Assembly (NCBI GenBank): GCA_963710375.1
Contig: CAVPZX010000004.1
Location: 256,001 to 320,000 of the forward strand
DNA length: 64,000 nucleotides
Direction: 5' to 3'
DNA from: Nitrospirota bacterium
GTDB lineage: Bacteria; Nitrospirota; Thermodesulfovibrionia; Thermodesulfovibrionales; Dissulfurispiraceae
Part shown: in pieces, positions 59,819-64,000 of the stretch
Position numbering within the stretch: position 1 is the stretch's first letter
Layout: every line of letters starts with the position of its first letter
The notes under the pieces: generated by a model
What the model was told of the DNA's origin: nothing
What the model saw: only the letters and a program-made list of their open reading frames with translations
Database searches by the model: none
Position numbers and translations under genes: made by a program

Positions 59819-60999
59819 TGGCAATTCCGATGGAATATTTGAAAATAAAATGCCTCGCTGTTGATGACGAGGCGTCCATGCGTGCGACAATCAATAATAT
59901 GCTTGTGAGAATAGGTTTCAAGCGCATAGTGACGGCTGAGAATGGGAAAAAGGCGATGGATGTCATCAAAACAACTAATGTGGATCTCGTGATAGCCGAT
60001 GTCAATATGCCGGAGATGAGCGGCGTCGAGCTTTTTAAAACTGTCAGGGAGGACAAAAACTACGATCACATAGTGTTTATTTTTGTCACCGCAGAGGCGA
60101 CCAGGCAAATCGTTGCGAGGACTGCGGAAGAGGGTGGTGAGGGATATATAATCAAACCCTTTGTGCTGGGTATACTTGAAGACAAGATAGCCAAGGCGCT
60201 GGAGAAAAAGTTCAAGCCGAATGCCCTGGAATCCAGCCTCAAGGAGTTTTCTGCCGCCATGGCGAAAAAAGACTTTCAGCTGGCCGAAGAGGTCCTCGGC
60301 AATGCGGCAAGAGTTGCTCCTGAAGCGGCAAAGGTGGTCCATAATTTCGGCCTGCTCTACCTTGCAAAAGGTGATATGAACCGGGCGACAGGGTTTTTCA
60401 AAGAGGCTATAAACAAAAACCCTATGTTTGTCAGGTCCTACAATGCACTGGGTGAACTGTACGAAAATATGGGGGATTTCGGCAATGCAATAAAATATTA
60501 CGAGAAGGCCCATGAAATAAGTCCCGCCAATACCGATCGCCTCATTTCGCTTAGCAAGCTTTTTTACAGGACAGGAGAAACGGACCGGGCGGAAAACATA
60601 CTTAGGGATGCGGTTTCAGACATGAGGGGAGATGTAGCCGAATCAGCGCAGCTAATGGGTGAAATGTACCTTGCGAAGAACGAAAATGATAAGGCGCTGG
60701 GGGCGCTGATCAAAGCTTACAACCAAAACCCTTCCAATATATCCATAATGGAGAGTCTGGCATCAGCATACCGCAAGTTGAGACAGGCTGAAAAGGCGCT
60801 TGAACTCTATAAAGAATGCCTGAAGATAGCTCCGGACAATGCAGCGGTTTATTACAGCATAAGCAAAACATACCTCGAAATGTCCGACAAGAAAAACGCC
60901 ATAGAAGCTATGAAAAAGGCATGGGTGCTCAACCCGCATTCTAAAGAAATAACTGCGGACCTGAAGGCACTTGGCGCAAAAGAGCGGCTTAATCTTTAG
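59818..60999 (+). CDS. Response regulator with TPR repeats
   Basis: CheY-like REC (VDDE, DVNMP, KPF) followed by multiple TPRs. Confidence 0.88.
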   Translation: MAIPMEYLKIKCLAVDDEASMRATINNMLVRIGFKRIVTAENGKKAMDVIKTTNVDLVIADVNMPEMSGVELFKTVREDKNYDHIVFIFVTAEATRQIVARTAEEGGEGYIIKPFVLGILEDKIAKALEKKFKPNALESSLKEFSAAMAKKDFQLAEEVLGNAARVAPEAAKVVHNFGLLYLAKGDMNRATGFFKEAINKNPMFVRSYNALGELYENMGDFGNAIKYYEKAHEISPANTDRLISLSKLFYRTGETDRAENILRDAVSDMRGDVAESAQLMGEMYLAKNENDKALGALIKAYNQNPSNISIMESLASAYRKLRQAEKALELYKECLKIAPDNAAVYYSISKTYLEMSDKKNAIEAMKKAWVLNPHSKEITADLKALGAKERLNL

Positions 61000-61006
61000 T
61001 GATCAT

Positions 61007-63086
61007 ATGGCCGATTCTCAAAAAATCCCCTATTCCAAGGCGTTAGCAGTCTCTCCTCACAGCATCGGCAGAAGGCTGCAGGAGATCAAAGGAGTAATTG
61101 CCGTTACGGGTAGTGTTTACCTCACTCTGGCACTGTTCAGTTACAACAGATGGGACCGGTCACTTTTTACTTTCTCTCATGCCCCGACCCAAAACTACGG
61201 CGGCATTGTGGGCGCATATGTTTCCGATGCCGTTATTTCATTCCTGGGCCTTGCCGGCTATGTGTCTCCGCTTTTGCTGATGATTTACGGGGTCAGGAAC
61301 ATCCTGGGAAAAGAAAAGCGTATGCTACATGTATTGGGCACAGTGGTCTTATTAGCTTCATTATCGATGCTGGCGCAGCTGTTGTCAGGGACAATCCACC
61401 TGATCGTTGAGCCTGCCGGGGGTCTTGCCGGGCTTCTTCTGGCAAACCTTTTCGAAGGGCTGCTTTCACCACCCGGGGCATATTTAGCGGGTGTTGCCAT
61501 GGTGATCATTGCGCTGGTTCTTCTGAGCCCTGTATCTATCTTTTCGTACGTGCGAGGAAGCCGGAAAGAGGCCGGGCTGCCGAACAAGGAGCTTGAGTCG
61601 GAGTTGCCGTTGTACCCATTGGAGAATGAAGAAATACTGTTGGAGAGCAAGCCTGTCTTGAAGCGAGTGACGACCGCTGAAGTAAAGAGCGACAACGGCT
61701 ATTCGCTGCCGCCTCTGGATTTTTTAAAGGAGGGCGAAGGCTCATCAGGGCCGGCTAAGGATGAATTGAATACGGCGGCGGCCGGTATTGAGCGGAAACT
61801 CACAGACTTTGGTATAAGCGGTAAGATAAAGGGGGCCCATCCCGGCCCTGTGGTCACTATGTATGAGTTCGAGCCCGCTGCCGGAGTCAAGATCAACAGA
61901 ATCGTATCTCTGTCAGAGGACCTGGCCCTTGCGCTCCGTGCGTCGAGTATCCGTGTGTATCCTATCGCAGGCAAGGCCACCATCGGCATCGAAGTGCCAA
62001 ACAGACAGAGGGCAACGGTCGCCCTGAGGGAGATCATCTCCGCTGAAAACTTTCAGCAGAGCACTTCTCTTCTTTCGCTCGCTCTCGGTAAGGACATTTT
62101 TGGCAATCCAGTTGCGACCGATCTGTCAAAAATGCCGCACCTTCTGGTTGCAGGGGCTACCGGCTCAGGCAAGAGCAGACTCCATTAATGCAATGATCAT
62201 CAGTATACTTTATAAAGCAACCCCCGAAGAGGTCAAGATGCTGATGATAGATCCAAAACTCCTGGAGCTTTCGGCGTATGCCGGTATCCCCCATCTGATA
62301 TCGCCTGTGATAAACAACCCGAAGGAGGCTTCCGAAGCGCTGAAGAAAATGGTATTCGAGATGGAAAGGCGGTACAAGCTCCTTGCTGAAAAGGGCGCCA
62401 GGAACATAGATGCCTATAACCGGCAGGCGTCCAAAGCTGAAAAGCTTCCCTATATCGTTGTCATTATTGATGAACTGGCTGACTTGATGTTTACCGCACC
62501 GAGCGATGTTGAGAATGCCATAACGCGGCTTGCCCAGATGGCGAGGGCATCGGGCATCCATCTTATTCTTGCTACACAGCGGCCCTCTGTTGATGTCATT
62601 ACAGGTTTGATCAAGGCAAATTTCCCTGCAAGGATATCGTTTCAGGTCACCTCACGGATCGATTCTCGGACTATACTCGACGGGCAGGGCGCCGAACAGC
62701 TTCTCGGCATGGGTGACATGCTGCTGTTGGTCCCCGGCGTTAAGATAGTCAGAATCCACGGCGCCTATGTAAGCGAACCGGAGATCAAAGCAGTAACGGA
62801 ATTTGCCAGGTCGCAGGGGTCGCCCGATTACACCTCTTTTGAAAACATTGTGGTCACCGATGGCCAGGAGAAGGGGAGTGATGGTTCGGGAGAAAGGGAC
62901 GAGATGTATCAAAAGGTGCTCGATTTTGCAGAGGCTGCTGGCGAGGTCTCCATTTCGTCGATACAGCGGAGATTCAAGATAGGATATAACAGGGCTGCGA
63001 GCATTATGGAGCTTATGGAAGATGACGGTCTTGTCGGACCGCCGAAAGGTGCGGGAAAACCGAGGGACTTCCTGGGGAGAAGATGA
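61007..63086 (+). CDS. ftsK: DNA translocase FtsK, interrupted by a one-base frameshift near 62177
   Basis: 4TM N-terminus, PGPVVTMYE, MPHLLVAGATGSGKS, then next frame SINAMI..IDPK..IDELADLM..ATQRPS..IGYNRAA. Confidence 0.9.
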
Positions 63087-63093
63087 TGAAGAC

Positions 63094-63252
63094 GGGCAAT
63101 AGGCGAAGGGCAAAAGGCTAAGGGTAAGAAAATGAATAAAGAACAAAAAATAAAAACTAGAAGACTGTTTTCCCTTTCGCCTTTAGCCCTTCGCCTTTTG
63201 CCTGTCTTTATCATTCTGTTGCCTATCGCCTATTGCCTATCGCCTATTGCCT
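63094..63252. repeat. Heptamer-unit inverted repeat (AGGCAAT / ATTGCCT type) overlapping the lolA 5' end
   Basis: gggcaataggcgaagggcaaaaggctaaggg versus ccctttcgcctttagcccttcgccttttgcct and ttgcctatcgcctattgcctatcgcctattgcct. Confidence 0.78.
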
Positions 63253-63821
63253 TGACTTTTGCCGGCGTTGCCGGGGATGATGTTGCGAGAATTCAAAAGG
63301 CTTACGAGAATATAAAGGACATAAAGGGCAATTTCGTGCAGAAAAGTTACATTAAGGATTTAAAGAGGACCGATACTTACAGCGGTCAGTTTTTTATAAA
63401 GCCGCCGAAGATGAAATGGGAATTCAAGGGAGACAAACCACAGACCGTATATATCACAGGTGAAGAAATACTTATTTATCAAAAGAAAGAAAAACAGGTC
63501 TTCAAGACAAGATTCGACAGGGCCACTTATGGCCAGTCGCCTATCGCATTGCTGGGCGGCTTTGGCGATATTAATAAAGAATTTTACGTTTCTATGAAAA
63601 AAGGCAGGCTGATACTTAAACCCAGAACGCCGATGGGCATTATAGTGCAGATAGAACTCACCCTGTCCGACGGAGTATTCCCTATCGAAGCCCTCTCCAT
63701 TCTTGACACGGCCTACAACAAAATTGATATTACCCTGAAAGATGTCGTAATCAACACAGGGCTCGGTGACAGAATGTTTGCGTTTACGCCTCCTGAAGAC
63801 GCCACCGTTATACAACGATAA
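63132..63821 (+). CDS. lolA: Outer-membrane lipoprotein carrier protein LolA (start uncertain)
   Basis: GNFVQ..G.F..KPPKMKWE...F.FTPP; conserved position after ftsK. Confidence 0.85.
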   Translation: MNKEQKIKTRRLFSLSPLALRLLPVFIILLPIAYCLSPIALTFAGVAGDDVARIQKAYENIKDIKGNFVQKSYIKDLKRTDTYSGQFFIKPPKMKWEFKGDKPQTVYITGEEILIYQKKEKQVFKTRFDRATYGQSPIALLGGFGDINKEFYVSMKKGRLILKPRTPMGIIVQIELTLSDGVFPIEALSILDTAYNKIDITLKDVVINTGLGDRMFAFTPPEDATVIQR

Positions 63822-63826
63822 AAACT

Positions 63827-64000
63827 ATGCGAATGGTCAGGGAAGAAAAGACTGTTCAGGCCATGATAAGGGTTTATTGCCGTGATAAACACGGGACAAA
63901 GGACTCTCTTTGTCCCGACTGTGAAGAACTGATGGCCTATGCAAGAGCGCGTCTTACAAGCTGCCCTTTTCAGGAAGCCAAGACACCCTGTGCAAAATGC
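63827..64000 (+). CDS. YgbA-like (nitrous oxide-stimulated promoter family) Cys-rich protein, runs off window end
   Basis: REEKTVQAMIRVYCRDKH...LCPDCEELMAYARARLTSCPFQEAKTPCAKC. Confidence 0.8.
   Translation, partial: MRMVREEKTVQAMIRVYCRDKHGTKDSLCPDCEELMAYARARLTSCPFQEAKTPCAKC

Noticed and set aside
1..64000. CRISPR array, rRNA, prophage, integrase or transposase
   Set aside because: No regularly spaced repeat-spacer units and no such genes recognised in the window

Overview
This is a bacterial chromosome window from a Gram-negative organism, probably an anaerobe. Gene content suggests Nitrospirota (Thermodesulfovibrionia) or Desulfobacterota, but that is inference only. Housekeeping genes (infB end, rbfA, nrnA, mutL, murA, relA/spoT, cspA, ubiE/menG, pntAA/AB/B, copA, rnj, ftsK, lolA) surround several accessory blocks. 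(1) A redox-stress cluster: cytochrome c peroxidase, DUF488, an OsmC-like gene with an in-frame UGA and SECIS-like hairpin, msrA and a flavoprotein disulfide reductase. (2) The tRNA-Sec gene (selC), whose 3' 24 bp are duplicated about 850 bp away and enclose only a PIN toxin-antitoxin pair; an unannotated ribbon-helix-helix gene and an unknown gene lie just beyond. (3) A cupredoxin/DUF2147/B12-radical SAM/type III PKS operon. (4) A TetR-TolC-TolC-EmrA-EmrB efflux operon. (5) A C-P lyase operon with Pho-box-like repeats that lacks phnN/phnP and carries a calcineurin-like phosphoesterase and a methyltransferase. There are three MITE-like families, one of which supplies a stop codon and probably a start codon to neighbouring genes. 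There are also short-tandem-repeat palindromes, two single-base frameshifts (CHASE kinase, ftsK) and several probable leaderless genes. I saw no CRISPR array, rRNA, integrase or transposase.
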